Source: a virus
Lineage: Duplodnaviria > Caudoviricetes
Strand: one strand, 5' to 3'
IMG/VR virus record: IMGVR_UViG_3300037453_000171
Location: 35,881 to 99,880 of that record
DNA length: 64,000 bases
The number at the start of each line of letters is the position of its first letter. Position 1 is the stretch's first letter. The translations under genes were made by a program, and so were the position numbers. Shown piece by piece: positions 27,801-39,100 of this stretch. The notes below the pieces were generated by a model that saw nothing but the letters and a program-made list of their open reading frames with translations, ran no database searches and had not been told where the DNA came from.

Positions 27801-30381
27801 TCTGGTAGAAAACAGCACGACTGTTGGCAAGCTTCCGCATATCCTGAATTTTACCGACAAGTTCCTGGTCTTGAAAAGTATCCGCATAGCTTTCCATGAA
27901 GTCAAGAATCTGGTCGGTTTGATCTTTTAGGACTTTAGGAATCTTGACAGGAAGACCTATCATACTGAACAGGCGTTCATACGAATGCTTGATCTGTTCA
28001 AATCGTTTCGCCTGCTCCTCTTTATCGGTAATGGCTTTTCCTTCTTCATTGAAGAAAGACTGGACTTCGATGATGGGTTCAATCGCGTCCATGGTTTCAC
28101 CGAACATGGTCAAGAATCGCTGCTCATATGCCTTGATCTGCTGGGCGGTGAATACCATCTCTTTGATCAGGTCATCCGACGCACCTGCAGGAGCGCGTGA
28201 TTTCATATCCTGATAGAACTCACGATACTGATTGATTGTGGTTTGGATCCGTGTCGCCTGCTTCTTTACTTTATCGACGATCATCTCCGGAGAAAGACCT
28301 TTCGTCCAAGCATAATCAGTTACGTCGCCTTTCCCGTTTTCTACCGCCTCCTTGATGCTCTGTGCTTCTTCTGTTGACATACCGCCGTAATAGGAAACGA
28401 CGCTTTCAAGATCGTCAAGTTTACCGGCATCGGCAAACATCATGACATCGTTGATAAGTTGCTTATCGTCTTCGGTGTGCCATGCATATGGATCATCCCT
28501 CTTGACGGCTTGATTCATTCCATCATCATATTTCAAATGACGGATATAGCCGCGCCATTGTTTCTGGAATTCAGGAGAATTAACACGCTCATTCAATGCA
28601 GCCGCAGTAGCGCGATCGGTTTCTACGCTGTTCTTCGCATCACTGTAAGCACCGACAACACCGCCGCTCCATTGTCTTCCAGGAATACCGAACAAACCAG
28701 TCAATGCGCCGATTGCGCCTTCCTGCCAGTTCTTTGGATCGGCAAGATATTCTTTTCCTCCGGCATACATTCCGGAGAACCAGTCACGCACGGAATTAGT
28801 CGCCTTCTCGTCGAAACCGTCATTGGTAAACGTGGCAAGATTCTTATTGGCAACTGCTTTCGCTCCACTCGAAACGGTACCCTGCGCCATTTCCTCGAAA
28901 GATTCAGAACCGGCAACCTTCAATGAGCCGAGAACGGTCTTACCGGCTACAGTACCAACAGCGCGATAATCACCCTGAATCATACCATCGGCAAGCTGAC
29001 GAAGCGAACCTTTGATACTGTTCGCCGCACTACGGGATGTCTTCCATCCTCCGGAAAGCATACGACCAAACTGAATTGCATTTGACGCGGTAAGGATAGG
29101 AAGATTCAGAAGGAATGTGGTTGAAGAAAGTCTATTGCCTTGTTCTTCAGCATAATCCTTCGCAGCCTGATAATCAGCAGTTACTTTCTGCTGTCTCTTA
29201 TATATTTCATTCCTGCCTTCATCGGTAAGCGTTCTTGCTTTCTGCAACCCCTCCGGTGTTTCATATACAACGGTCTGAACCCAGTCGCGGTTGCCACTGT
29301 TCAAGACATCATTCTGGATATTGTTGTATTCCTGCGCATACTGCTGCTCCCAGTTCCTGTTGTATTCTTCCAAGAACTCATTCTTCGCCATGATACCTTC
29401 AACGGTTCCTTCACCCATAGCGCCTACAGCAGCACCATAAAGCTGTAGCTTCGATCCGTATTTGTTAATGGCCTTTGCCGCCCTGCCAATATTAGCAACA
29501 ATCTTGTCGGCGTCTATACCAACTGCGGTACTCCTCGCAATGGCTTCACCTGCACGGGCAAGTGCAGTCTGCGCTTCCGTAGCGGTTCCGGCTCTTACTG
29601 CATCGGCGGCAGATTTCAATAATGCGGCGGCTTCGGTATCTCCCTCTGCTGCAGCAACGGCACCCTTCATAATGTTGTTGGCGAGCTGTTTCGAAAGACC
29701 CGCTCCAATCAGTTTGGACCAAGCCATACCGCCAACCATCGCACCGACTGTAAATCCGAAGTTCTTCAGGATAGAATCACCGATGAAGTTCGCCGTTCCC
29801 ATGTGCTTCCACCATTCGCGTTGATAACGCTCGGAACGCTCCTCTGCGGTACGATAGTTCGGCATTGCCGTTTCAGCCCAGTTCTGAATCTTCACGAGCT
29901 GATTGGAAAGCCAGTTGTTGACACCAGCATCCATCGTATCCATGAAACTTCTGCCGTTTCCATTAGCGTCAGCGGCGAGTTCATACAAAGCGGCGCCAAG
30001 ACCGAAGACGGTTCCAACTGTTGTATTAACCGCTGTCGTTGCAGCGGTCACGCCACCCTTCATCAATCCGGTCCCGATCTTCGCAAAGCCGCTCTGCTCG
30101 ATTGCGCGGCTTTCTTCCAGATCCATTTCCGGATAAAAGTCCGTATCGTATCTCGACAAACCGAATCCGGCTTCTTTCGCCTCCTCGGTATAGTCGCGCA
30201 TCCTCGTGTTGGACAAGGATTCGCTGCGAAGGATGTCGCGGTAAGAACGATTCTGCGGCTGCGCCGTACCGCCCTTGCCTACTTTCGGCTTCTCGTCTTC
30301 GGACAGAACCTGCTCTCCGGACTGATATTCCTGAAGGAGATCTCCAGGCTTTTCCATTCTCATATTGTTGTCAAGTGCCAT
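24844..30381 (-). CDS. Large virion cargo/ejection protein
   Basis: 1845 aa; N-terminal Gly/Ala-rich amphipathic segments; crAss gene order upstream of the vRNAP. Confidence 0.75.
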   Translation of the reverse strand: MALDNNMRMEKPGDLLQEYQSGEQVLSEDEKPKVGKGGTAQPQNRSYRDILRSESLSNTRMRDYTEEAKEAGFGLSRYDTDFYPEMDLEESRAIEQSGFAKIGTGLMKGGVTAATTAVNTTVGTVFGLGAALYELAADANGNGRSFMDTMDAGVNNWLSNQLVKIQNWAETAMPNYRTAEERSERYQREWWKHMGTANFIGDSILKNFGFTVGAMVGGMAWSKLIGAGLSKQLANNIMKGAVAAAEGDTEAAALLKSAADAVRAGTATEAQTALARAGEAIARSTAVGIDADKIVANIGRAAKAINKYGSKLQLYGAAVGAMGEGTVEGIMAKNEFLEEYNRNWEQQYAQEYNNIQNDVLNSGNRDWVQTVVYETPEGLQKARTLTDEGRNEIYKRQQKVTADYQAAKDYAEEQGNRLSSTTFLLNLPILTASNAIQFGRMLSGGWKTSRSAANSIKGSLRQLADGMIQGDYRAVGTVAGKTVLGSLKVAGSESFEEMAQGTVSSGAKAVANKNLATFTNDGFDEKATNSVRDWFSGMYAGGKEYLADPKNWQEGAIGALTGLFGIPGRQWSGGVVGAYSDAKNSVETDRATAAALNERVNSPEFQKQWRGYIRHLKYDDGMNQAVKRDDPYAWHTEDDKQLINDVMMFADAGKLDDLESVVSYYGGMSTEEAQSIKEAVENGKGDVTDYAWTKGLSPEMIVDKVKKQATRIQTTINQYREFYQDMKSRAPAGASDDLIKEMVFTAQQIKAYEQRFLTMFGETMDAIEPIIEVQSFFNEEGKAITDKEEQAKRFEQIKHSYERLFSMIGLPVKIPKVLKDQTDQILDFMESYADTFQDQELVGKIQDMRKLANSRAVFYQKLINLQGETGQQEYTKQAVTQEQINEKAEEAAVDAETEGFTTMEAVRDEYLRKNAKDQVDFYNTLEAAEGKNPAVKKFMDLKRRYDSFFDYVMSNGISTSNPAIRMTSVGSMITDIFHRASSEAEFQTLPDRVFPPLDEFRLQSQGIYPMPDGIYSELKRIIRESMKNYRGADSATASRNNIAEEPVTVSQETEEKPTGQDASQAASAAPAPTTLPDWMMEQPEEKQEKVTPVDPPEDPIPQAEQDGVTPMAEPASKEDIGDDAEEAAKEESIPGQLVEEGGNELIAYYRGSDPEISTGQANGVRDGSISREDADLSDFLTYLQNTKDEDLSEQDRKFKHDPESQAIWTALYNAHGFSNTATLLTVGDEIEFVIDSNFPKYKDEPQILMRTVKNGEPLVLNILSRQTAKYLGLGKLREAIMAEYNKHVNKTPNDLFVFSKKSKVWAKRAGQIEYDYSLSDPFANDKGLKDIQAYDSNAPIMFINKNGDLEIVKGKADAVQKLPPDSFPASFRSKRKGSVYYLAKNGDDGYIPIRLYVQHFTEETKGNPSPMFVKARSIISSIVSQANNANKATTDYKEENQKLHDKLAKLTKVLDVSDVYMELGNFNNIGPALMVVTWERDEDGNRINKDVQFRTLASVGQASQLTDDWLLSKIAAMGVSFHVGPGADIQGLIDDNILTTNAKMLRAKGVDFYIDPWDGATKTFHPMTEEQRKVQRELEKNEAENKPPKVSQGGEQDLVTAAWHTFKNFPSGVTEVGYFNQDKFPVVRFEHKGNKFMFTFAVNTKGNVYPVLRLYDEKRDAYYVVDPDQVNEEQLQRAVNTYLPKSFVDDLNAFEHDENGTVDEREDRFEKLLIDKYGIYYLNASLIGSKYEETDPSINRLKEYLASQSSLSEAEISEEDESWMRTDAKIGAKETGRREVKEEKKEGESAEENQPAIQKGSDGRYHFDTLPKEVSEKLAANGWTQEEFDAAEPEVQEYAIACADS

Positions 30382-30384
30382 AAC

Positions 30385-32694
30385 CTATAAAAGTTCTTCT
30401 GCTTTCTGACTCTGGTCGCCGATATACTGCTCGTGATTCTGGCCTATCGCCTGACGAATTCTCTGCGCCGAAGGATTGGCGATGCTGTTCATGACGGATT
30501 CGCGCAGCCATTCCTGGAGATCCTTGTCGCGAAGTATCTCTCGTGGCGTCGCAAGCCTTGCGGTTCCATTTGCTCTGTTGGCTATGACCGGGAAATCCTC
30601 AACATATTTGTCACAGGTTCTGCTCCATTCTTCGGCGGCTTTCTGCGACATGGAATATACGGCTTCCGGATGAAGGATAGGAAGAAGACAGTAATCGATC
30701 ATCTCGCTGTTACTCATGCCGGTTTCACGAACCATATCAGTGAAGTTGTTTTCAAATAACGGCCCGAGCAATGTCGCATCGACAAGGAAGGTCTTGCCGG
30801 GATTAACAGAGGTCTGGATACGGATCATCGGTCTTTCGGCTGCAAGGTCCTCAAGCGTAGCAGAGATGTTTGTCAGCGTATCATCGCGCAGTTCTGTTCC
30901 GCTATTCTTCGTTCCGAATATCTGCCTGATATCCGTCACTCCTTCTTTCTTCCGGCCAGTATTACCATCGGTTACCTCATAGAAAGCGAATCGGGAAGAC
31001 TTGCCGTGCTTGTCCGTGGAATTGCTGTTATATTCACGGATGATTGCTCTGGCCAGGTTTTTCTTCGCATAATCATGAGAGGAGTCATTGGCTATCGAAA
31101 CCGAAGAGAAATCACCCTTCGTCGCCTTCGTCGCCATGTAGGAATAGAAGTCTTCCCACGGAGCGGTAGCAGGATATTCGTATCTTTCACGAAGCTTCTT
31201 CTGCTCCTTTGGATCGATTGCGTATTTCTCGATATCCGGATTAGCTTCCTTATACTGCTTGACATGCTGAAGCCAGTCCTCACGCGCAAGAGTAATCTGC
31301 CTGGAAGCAGCTTCCTGTAACGTTCCATTCTTGTTCTTGACGGCAACGGCGTGTTCCGGATCAAGACCAAGACGTCTGGCTTCCGCTTCTTCCATCTTCG
31401 ATATATTAACAGTTACTTCTCTGCCGTCTTTCAGCCGAACAGAGTAATCTTCTCCCTTTTTCTTCGGATCAAACGCGATATCATATCCGCCATAACCTGC
31501 ACGAATTTGGGTGCGACCATTAGTTTCGTACAAGTAATTGGACATTTCGTACTCATTATGAGCAGTCAAAGAACGACCGCCGTTCGTCTGTATCGTATGT
31601 GTCTGACCGTTCTCGTAATGCTTTGCCTGACCACGAGTAGCCTTCACCCATTCCTGGTAAACCGGAGATTCCATTGAAATGGTTTCTCCGGTGTTCGTTT
31701 TAAGCTCTTGCTGTGCAGCTGCTGCTGCTTCAGCCGACTTATATGCGGCATCAATCGCTTTCTTTCTCCCATAAGTCTGAACTTCAAGATTTGCCTTCTC
31801 TCTTGCGGCACGCATCTCCTGATCGTACGCATACTCGTTATCCTTCATGTAGTTAACCTCAGACTTGCCGATGGCCTGCGACAACCCGGCTTTACCATAA
31901 CGGAGAAGCCTTCCAAATTCATTTGTGTCGACTTTGTTTCTTGCTCCAGTAGATTCGATATGAGAAGAAAGAATGTTCGCGAGGATGAGAGAAAGAGGAT
32001 CTCCTTCTGCCAGTGCTTCCAGATAACTCTTGTCTCCGGCATACGCCATCTCGACGGCATAAGATGCGGCTTCAACCTGCTTGCTCGTGAAACCATTCTT
32101 CTGGAGAACCGGGATATATCCCGCAAGTTCAGGATGCTTCTCAAGAATTTCAGGATCGTTGATGAATTCGTTAGCTCTCGCCTTCGCATCAGCTGCGACT
32201 TCATTCATAAACTGCTCGCCACTGTACGAATAATAGTTCTGTCCGAAGGTATCATCGGCAAGATACTTATCAAGCTTTTCCAAACCAGGATCGGAACTCA
32301 TTATCATATCCGGATGTTCATGCTTGATCTTCCAGTATTCATTGCTTCTGTCCTGTCTTGCCTTGATGGCGGTTCCAAGCCTTGTAACATCACTGGCGTA
32401 TCCAGCTCTGGCGGCAGAAAGATCACGGCGAGTTGCAACACTGTATCCGTTTCTCCAAAGATTATCTTGCAGCGCCTGAAGTTTTGCGGTATAGTTGTCG
32501 TACATCCTTCTCGCCTCGGAATTCTCCGGTTCTCGAAGAAGATATTGCCGAAGCGCTTCTGTTTCGGATGTCAGCGTATCATACTGTTCTTGAGCTGCAT
32601 TGTGCGCCTCCACGGTCTGCATGATAGGCTTTGCAAGCTCATCATATGTAAACGGTTCAAAATAAGAACCACTTGTAACTAAGAACTTCGACAT
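30385..32694 (-). CDS. Virion cargo protein
   Basis: 769 aa; N-terminal FEPFTYDELAKP; gene order. Confidence 0.7.
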   Translation of the reverse strand: MSKFLVTSGSYFEPFTYDELAKPIMQTVEAHNAAQEQYDTLTSETEALRQYLLREPENSEARRMYDNYTAKLQALQDNLWRNGYSVATRRDLSAARAGYASDVTRLGTAIKARQDRSNEYWKIKHEHPDMIMSSDPGLEKLDKYLADDTFGQNYYSYSGEQFMNEVAADAKARANEFINDPEILEKHPELAGYIPVLQKNGFTSKQVEAASYAVEMAYAGDKSYLEALAEGDPLSLILANILSSHIESTGARNKVDTNEFGRLLRYGKAGLSQAIGKSEVNYMKDNEYAYDQEMRAAREKANLEVQTYGRKKAIDAAYKSAEAAAAAQQELKTNTGETISMESPVYQEWVKATRGQAKHYENGQTHTIQTNGGRSLTAHNEYEMSNYLYETNGRTQIRAGYGGYDIAFDPKKKGEDYSVRLKDGREVTVNISKMEEAEARRLGLDPEHAVAVKNKNGTLQEAASRQITLAREDWLQHVKQYKEANPDIEKYAIDPKEQKKLRERYEYPATAPWEDFYSYMATKATKGDFSSVSIANDSSHDYAKKNLARAIIREYNSNSTDKHGKSSRFAFYEVTDGNTGRKKEGVTDIRQIFGTKNSGTELRDDTLTNISATLEDLAAERPMIRIQTSVNPGKTFLVDATLLGPLFENNFTDMVRETGMSNSEMIDYCLLPILHPEAVYSMSQKAAEEWSRTCDKYVEDFPVIANRANGTARLATPREILRDKDLQEWLRESVMNSIANPSAQRIRQAIGQNHEQYIGDQSQKAEELL

Positions 32695-32700
32695 ATCTAA

Positions 32701-35352
32701 TTATTTCTTTTCATCGTCCTTCTTCGGCGCTCTCATTTCCCATTGTTTAGTCCACGGGTTGTAGAATATTCCTCCATTAGCACCATAGCCATATCCGAGG
32801 AACGCTGGATTGGTATTGATTTGATTCATGGTGAAATTCTCCTTGCCTATACCGGACAAAGCCTGCAACCCAGTATTGATTTGATTGCTGATTGCATTGT
32901 ACTTATCCGCTTCGGAAGCGTAATTCAAACGCTGGAGCATCAGATCATTATAGGCGTTCTTGTATGCAGTATCATTCAGTATCTGCTTCCGTGCAGCATC
33001 GACGGTCCAATCGAAGTTGGCGCGCTGCGCCTCTGCCTGATTATTAGCAGCAATCACTTGATTCCGTCTCTGGTTATTCGCATCCCAGGTCTGGATAAAG
33101 CCTTGTCCAAGGTTATTGGTATAGTTGTTATCGGCAGCAAGGATAGATGCTGCAGTAGACGGACCAAGGCCAGTATTGCGGAGAATGCGATTCGTTGCGC
33201 TGTTCTGCGCAGAAATCGCGTTGGCAACCATATTCTGGTCCAGCGGATTGTATACCTGATTCTGAAGGTTGATTCTTCCTTCGGGAAGTTGAGGGTTCAA
33301 CCTGCGCTGGACATATCTGTCGGGTTGCTGAAACACATTATACAAACCAAGCAGTCCGGAACCTATAGCTCCGGAATAACGGGGCCATGTAGGAAGAAGG
33401 CTTCCATAAGGATTATAGGAATAAATCTCATCTTCTCCTGATTTTTGAGGAGCCGGAGTAGCACCGTCCTTTGCTTTCAACCCCTGCAATGTCATCTCAT
33501 ACCCAGGATACAGCGTCGGTTCGTCTTCCGGCTTCGGTCTGTAGGCTGCACCTGTAGGATTATCGCGAACCCAGTCATACATCAGTCCGCTGTTCAATCC
33601 GGTAAGTTTCGAATTGACGATAGGCGGGACGAAACCGTTACGAACCGTTTCCGTAACTTGCGGATTCTGAACGGCTACAGCGGATTCGGGAGAAACAGCC
33701 GCAGCAACGGGACGTCCAAGATTATTTACATCTGCACTGAAATGATAGATGCCACCCTTGTGGTCGGTTCTCCTCTTACGATACAAGTCTTCCCATCCTT
33801 TACGAAGCGTATCACCTTCGAATAGTTTGGACACTCCACCATGTGTCTGCGCATCAAGCAGTTTAAGATACGCTTGTACATTCGGATCCTCATAGTTCTT
33901 GATGACATAATCAGTGAATGCCCGATATGCTTCGCTGTTTTCAAGATCTTCGATGGTCCTATAATCTGTTCCAAGCGGAAAGCGGGTATCAATTGCATAG
34001 GTTCCACCTATGCCACCCTGTCTTTCGCTTCGATGATATCGACTAAGTGCATCCATAAATCTCTGCCAGCCACCATCGTCGAAACGATTCACATATCCGC
34101 CATATTTATGTATGAATGGGCCGAAATCTATTTCGTCTATACCGAAACCCTCTTCTTCTGGAATAGCTTGTTTTTGAGCTACCACTGGGGCAGATGACGC
34201 TGAAGCAACTGGTGCCGAAACAGAAGACGTGTCAATCGGCGCTACCATTTGTACGGAATCCACAGGTTCCGCTACTAAAGATTCGGCATTCAACAAAACA
34301 GAAGGAGAACTCGGTGCTTGGGAAAGAAAACCTGTCTTATATCCCTGGTATGCTTGATAAGCGGCGTTGGCGGCTTTTTCTGCATCTCGAACACGCCCTT
34401 CCTCTACAGCAATTCTTGCTTCTGTCTGAGCCTTTTGTTCTCGCAAATCTTTAAGCCCTTCGGCTATCTGATAAATTGACGTTTTAATGCTTTTGGAATA
34501 AGGAGATTCCGGATCAGTATAAATGCCACCCTCGTTTTCAACAAGCGCTCTATATCTCTCCATCAACGCTGCCTCTTGTGCTTTAATGGCGTCATCAAGC
34601 TGCCTTCCATTTCCGCGAAACAGATAATCGCCAGCCCGTCTTCTCCACAACGTCCCACGAGCTTGGCTTAATTTCTTTTGCGATTCATCGTATTGTTGAC
34701 GATAAGCGTTTCCTTCGTATATAGAAGCAAGTATCGCATCAACATCATCTTCTATGTTTTTCTTTGGACCGCCATCGCCAAACTTATGAAGCAGCGTTCC
34801 ACCACATCTCATCATCGGCGTCTGCTCAACAGGTTGCTGCATATCCATCTGTTCAGGAGCAATCTCAGGTTGCACCTGTTCTTCCGGTATCTGTTCCTGC
34901 TGCGCAAGCATGGTTTCCAGCTGATCCAGTTCTTCAGGAGAAAGATTTGCAAGTTCTTCCTCCAGTTCCCGCTGTTGTTCAAGTTGCTTCTGTTCTTCCT
35001 GCGCTTCAGCAGCACGACCAAGCATCGCCTCCAGACCGTTACGAGAAGTAGGATCAAGAGGGCGTTCTTCGGCTTCCGACAAGATATCGTCGGCTATCCA
35101 GGAGTATAACTTATTGGCATACTTCTTTGGAAGATTATGCTTCTCGAGGATACCACCATCTGCATAGATGTTATCCGAGTATACATAATCCTTGTAAACC
35201 GGTTCTCCTTCCTCAAGAAGATTAGGAGTTCCTTCTGGATCAACTCCGATCTGAACGCCACCGTTAGGATTCTCCTCGTGAGATCCTCCCTCATTGACTC
35301 TCAGATAATCTTTCGGCGCAAAATAACCGCCGTGGGTATCAAACTTCGACAT
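32701..35352 (-). CDS. Virion cargo protein (crAss cargo-1-like)
   Basis: 883 aa; GGSHEENPNGGV N-terminus; recurrent xxGG motifs; Q/N-rich C-terminus. Confidence 0.72.
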   Translation of the reverse strand: MSKFDTHGGYFAPKDYLRVNEGGSHEENPNGGVQIGVDPEGTPNLLEEGEPVYKDYVYSDNIYADGGILEKHNLPKKYANKLYSWIADDILSEAEERPLDPTSRNGLEAMLGRAAEAQEEQKQLEQQRELEEELANLSPEELDQLETMLAQQEQIPEEQVQPEIAPEQMDMQQPVEQTPMMRCGGTLLHKFGDGGPKKNIEDDVDAILASIYEGNAYRQQYDESQKKLSQARGTLWRRRAGDYLFRGNGRQLDDAIKAQEAALMERYRALVENEGGIYTDPESPYSKSIKTSIYQIAEGLKDLREQKAQTEARIAVEEGRVRDAEKAANAAYQAYQGYKTGFLSQAPSSPSVLLNAESLVAEPVDSVQMVAPIDTSSVSAPVASASSAPVVAQKQAIPEEEGFGIDEIDFGPFIHKYGGYVNRFDDGGWQRFMDALSRYHRSERQGGIGGTYAIDTRFPLGTDYRTIEDLENSEAYRAFTDYVIKNYEDPNVQAYLKLLDAQTHGGVSKLFEGDTLRKGWEDLYRKRRTDHKGGIYHFSADVNNLGRPVAAAVSPESAVAVQNPQVTETVRNGFVPPIVNSKLTGLNSGLMYDWVRDNPTGAAYRPKPEDEPTLYPGYEMTLQGLKAKDGATPAPQKSGEDEIYSYNPYGSLLPTWPRYSGAIGSGLLGLYNVFQQPDRYVQRRLNPQLPEGRINLQNQVYNPLDQNMVANAISAQNSATNRILRNTGLGPSTAASILAADNNYTNNLGQGFIQTWDANNQRRNQVIAANNQAEAQRANFDWTVDAARKQILNDTAYKNAYNDLMLQRLNYASEADKYNAISNQINTGLQALSGIGKENFTMNQINTNPAFLGYGYGANGGIFYNPWTKQWEMRAPKKDDEKK

Positions 35353-35354
35353 AT

Positions 35355-36173
35355 CTATTTCTTAAATCTTATCGTTAATCCATTCTCTCCTTTAATCCTT
35401 TGAACGCTACCGCCGTATCCATGATGCTCTCTGTACTTCGGGGCCTTGTATTTCTCGCCAAGAACACGGTCAGCATAATCCTTGATAGTCTGGATTCGTC
35501 CGCCTTTCGCAACGGCATTGACCGCATTCTGTCTGTGGATATTATCTCCTATCCTTTCGTGGGCAGCAGCAAAGTTCTGCCGTGCAGCATCTGCGGCTAA
35601 ATCAGCCTGAAGGTTAAGCGAGTCCTGTTTTGCATGAGCAGCAGCATTGCCCGTCATCACTCCACCAAGGCCAGTAAGCAATCCAACTCCACCACCAATC
35701 AGGGCTCCCCAAGGTCCACCTATCTGCAATCCGGTAGCTGCACCAGACAAGGTAGATGTAGCAACTGAACCAACCTGCTGACCTCTCGTCATCCCACGAA
35801 TGTCCTGATAGTTGAAGTTATTATTGAAGTTGGTCTGCGCATAATCGTTAGCCAGCTGGTCGTAATTGTTGTAGTTATAGTTCCCGGCATTGTACAGGTC
35901 GGAGATGATTCCTTCCTGCATACTGGTATCTCGGATCTGCGCATCCTTGTAGGCATTGGACAGAAGAGTGGTAGCACCGGTCAGACCAGTAACGATACCG
36001 CCAGCAATAGCTTGCTGCTGTTGACCACGAAGCATATCTTCATATCCTTCCCGATCAAACCCGTACCACGAATCATTGTCGTTTGCTGCGACTTCCTCAG
36101 GAGTTGGAAGATTCCTTCTTCTTCTCGCAGCGTCCTGATACGAACCTATGAATGATTGATCTATCCAGCCCAT
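35355..36173 (-). CDS. Glycine-zipper membrane-spanning ejection protein
   Basis: GAATGLQIGGPWGALIGGGVGLLTGLGG. Confidence 0.7.
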   Translation of the reverse strand: MGWIDQSFIGSYQDAARRRRNLPTPEEVAANDNDSWYGFDREGYEDMLRGQQQQAIAGGIVTGLTGATTLLSNAYKDAQIRDTSMQEGIISDLYNAGNYNYNNYDQLANDYAQTNFNNNFNYQDIRGMTRGQQVGSVATSTLSGAATGLQIGGPWGALIGGGVGLLTGLGGVMTGNAAAHAKQDSLNLQADLAADAARQNFAAAHERIGDNIHRQNAVNAVAKGGRIQTIKDYADRVLGEKYKAPKYREHHGYGGSVQRIKGENGLTIRFKK

Positions 36174-39100
36174 TACTCAAAATATTTTACAACAATGTCG
36201 TGCAGTTGCATAAGATTTCTACCATCCTGGTTCTCCTTTCTAAACAAAATGTTAATCCAGGGATTGCGAATGCGGTCCATACCATGACGGTTTGTTCCTT
36301 CCTTGATCGCTCTCGGAATAGCCAGACGCCAGATACGGAACTTCTTCCTGACATCATCGCGGTCGAACTTCTCATGCGTGAACGGAACATAACCGGTAGT
36401 CTGGTATTCGTTCCAGACACGATAGTCGGTGAAGGTTTCCCATTCCTTATACTGATCGACTATCTCGCCGGATCTGTCGCCGTTAATCAGTTCTTCTTCG
36501 GGGACAACAGCAGTTCCGTAGTCATCAAGCACCTGATAAAAGTCGGCACGATAGTCTATATTCGTCCAGATCTTGTCAAGATACGGATCGGGAGTTACAC
36601 GATACCAAGTCCAGAAACCATACTGGTAGCCGAAGAAGTTGCCGTACAGACCTTCGTTCTGTTTCCACAGATGACCGTCACGGAACGAAACGAACCGGTC
36701 CTTGACATTCACCATCATCGGAACCTTGCAGTAGTCGAAGAAGCTGGTGAACGCACCGAGCGCTTCGTTGTACACAAGGCAAGGCTGGTTCTCGCTGTCA
36801 TTCCTCTTGACAAGATAGACATCGGAATGAATCCTGTCGTAGAAGGAAACGATATTGTTGAACCTTACAGGATTCCAGGATTCCAGCGTATTGTTCCTCT
36901 TGAACCAAGTACTGAATCCAAGCGTGTCGGACAAAGGCTGAATACCTTGACCTCCGAAAGCACAGAACGCCTTGTTGATGTTGTCCACGAAATACAATGC
37001 AGACTTACCTTCGACGATGGACCACTTGTTCGTACATCCGTAGTTGTTGGTGATGTACCGCTTGCCATCTACCTTGCCGGAGTTGGCTATCTCCACAGGA
37101 ACACCGTCGGCAGTGGTCAACTGCGTCCTCGAGTTGAACAGTATCTCGGATATCGCGTGATCCTGGAAGGCGATGATGGTATTGTTGAACCTCCTCAACG
37201 CCTGACACTCTCCCTTGTCACCATCCAGCTTCAAGGAACTGGCAAGCGTGATGTGAGTCCACTCATCTACATCTTCCGAGTCGTGCTTCTCCATCGTCCA
37301 TGTTATCGAGGAACGATAAGAATCAAGGTTGAAATCCTCGTCAAGATCACGCTGAGTGATGAAGTTGTTGTGCTGGGAATAAACAGGATTCAGCTGACCG
37401 AACTTCTCGGCGTCAATCGACGCAATATAACTCGTTCCTCTCTGGAGATCGGTACGACCATCAATGTTGATGTGGGTTTCCAGCATCACGGAAGTAATGT
37501 CAATGACATTGTTCACCGCACCGGTAGAATACGGCTTGGTCTTCAGGCAATCCCAGCGCTGGATGTAGGTGTCAGCCTGGTTGGCAATCATCACATCCGA
37601 ACCGTCGCCAACCATATCAGAAATAAGATACTGTGGACCGGCAACCAGGAAACGATTATTCTGGATCGCGGCATCAGTTGTTCCACCATAACGGATTTCA
37701 TCATCGTCATTAATGGGGAAATATATTTCTCCAATATATAGATACTTCGGAGAATCACCGCTAAGCGTACCATCCGGGATATCTAATTCGTCCTGAACAA
37801 CAGAATAATCCTTATATGGATATGAAGTTGTCGCCTTGTTATCTATCCAGGGTATAAGTGCGCCAGTGTCACTCTCGGACGCTGTCGCTACAGAAACGAT
37901 TTCGCGATCAAGAATTCTTGGAAGAATAGTCTGCTGATAATAATTCTTTCCGCCATCAGGTTTTATTTCCGTTGGCAAAGAAATGACAACATGCGGAGTT
38001 GAAGAATATGTTATCGAAACAGGATCGGCAAGATACAAGTCGGAATCATCCGTAATCTTGATGGCCTTTGTCGGATCTGGTATACCAAGAGATTTAAGTA
38101 CAGGATACTTATGCTCGCCAGGCAAAGACAGGGAATCATTCAGTATACCGTCATAGTACTTCGTATCAGAATCTATTTTGATTCCAACATACTGACTTGA
38201 AGTATAATTGAAGATACGAATAGAATCCGGTTCCACGCTCCAGCGATGACTATTTTTATAGACATCATAGCATGTCTTGTTTGAATATCTGGAATTGGCA
38301 AAGACCTTTCGTATCAATCGGGAATAATCATTATTTTCGATATCAGTGAATCCAATGATCTTTCCGGAATGATTCCACATATGGAGCCAATATCTTGCAT
38401 ATCCACCACCCCACTTATAATCATAGGAATCACGGAAACGAGGATCTTCTTCTACATCCCGTGGCTTATCGCTATCGTCATCTTCAAACCATTTTTCGTC
38501 GAGAGTATTTTCTTTCCAAAGTGGCCACGAGATAAGCGTATTGCCCAACTGCTCACGAACCAAGTTTTCTCCTGCATATTTCCCTGGTGTTGCATCAACG
38601 ACATAATCGCTATAATTGCTGTTTATTGCAGCAACACCGACAATTCTGAAACGATACTTGTTTACCTGATCAAACGAAACCGCTTCATATTCGATCTCTG
38701 GAGAATTCAGCGTAATGACATTCTCGTCGATAAATTCCAAATGTTTCTTATAATATGACGGAGCGTAATTATCACCATCGCCAAAAGCGCTTTCTTCACC
38801 AAGTGGATACCATCTCGTAATTGAATTGCCGCCATTATCGCTTACGGCGTTTTCTATAGATGTATAAGATGAGCTGCTGAGACTGTTATTAAAGAACCAC
38901 CATTTGTTCGTATTGCCGGTATCGGCAGCAACACTACACCAAGTATTTCTGAACGTGGAAAGGGATACAAGCTCATTAACATCGAAGAATTCATAGTTCT
39001 TATGTATTTCTTCGACTATGTGGGTATACGCAGATTCCTTTCTTAAATTCACATCAAGAGGCTTATCGTTGTGCCAGCTCTTAAGATTATGAACCAATAC

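Noticed and set aside
36152-37741. 529-aa + strand ORF (likewise 2703-3635, 17862-18818, 22437-23540, 47416-48321, 54615-55925)
   Set aside because: Antisense shadows of well-supported genes
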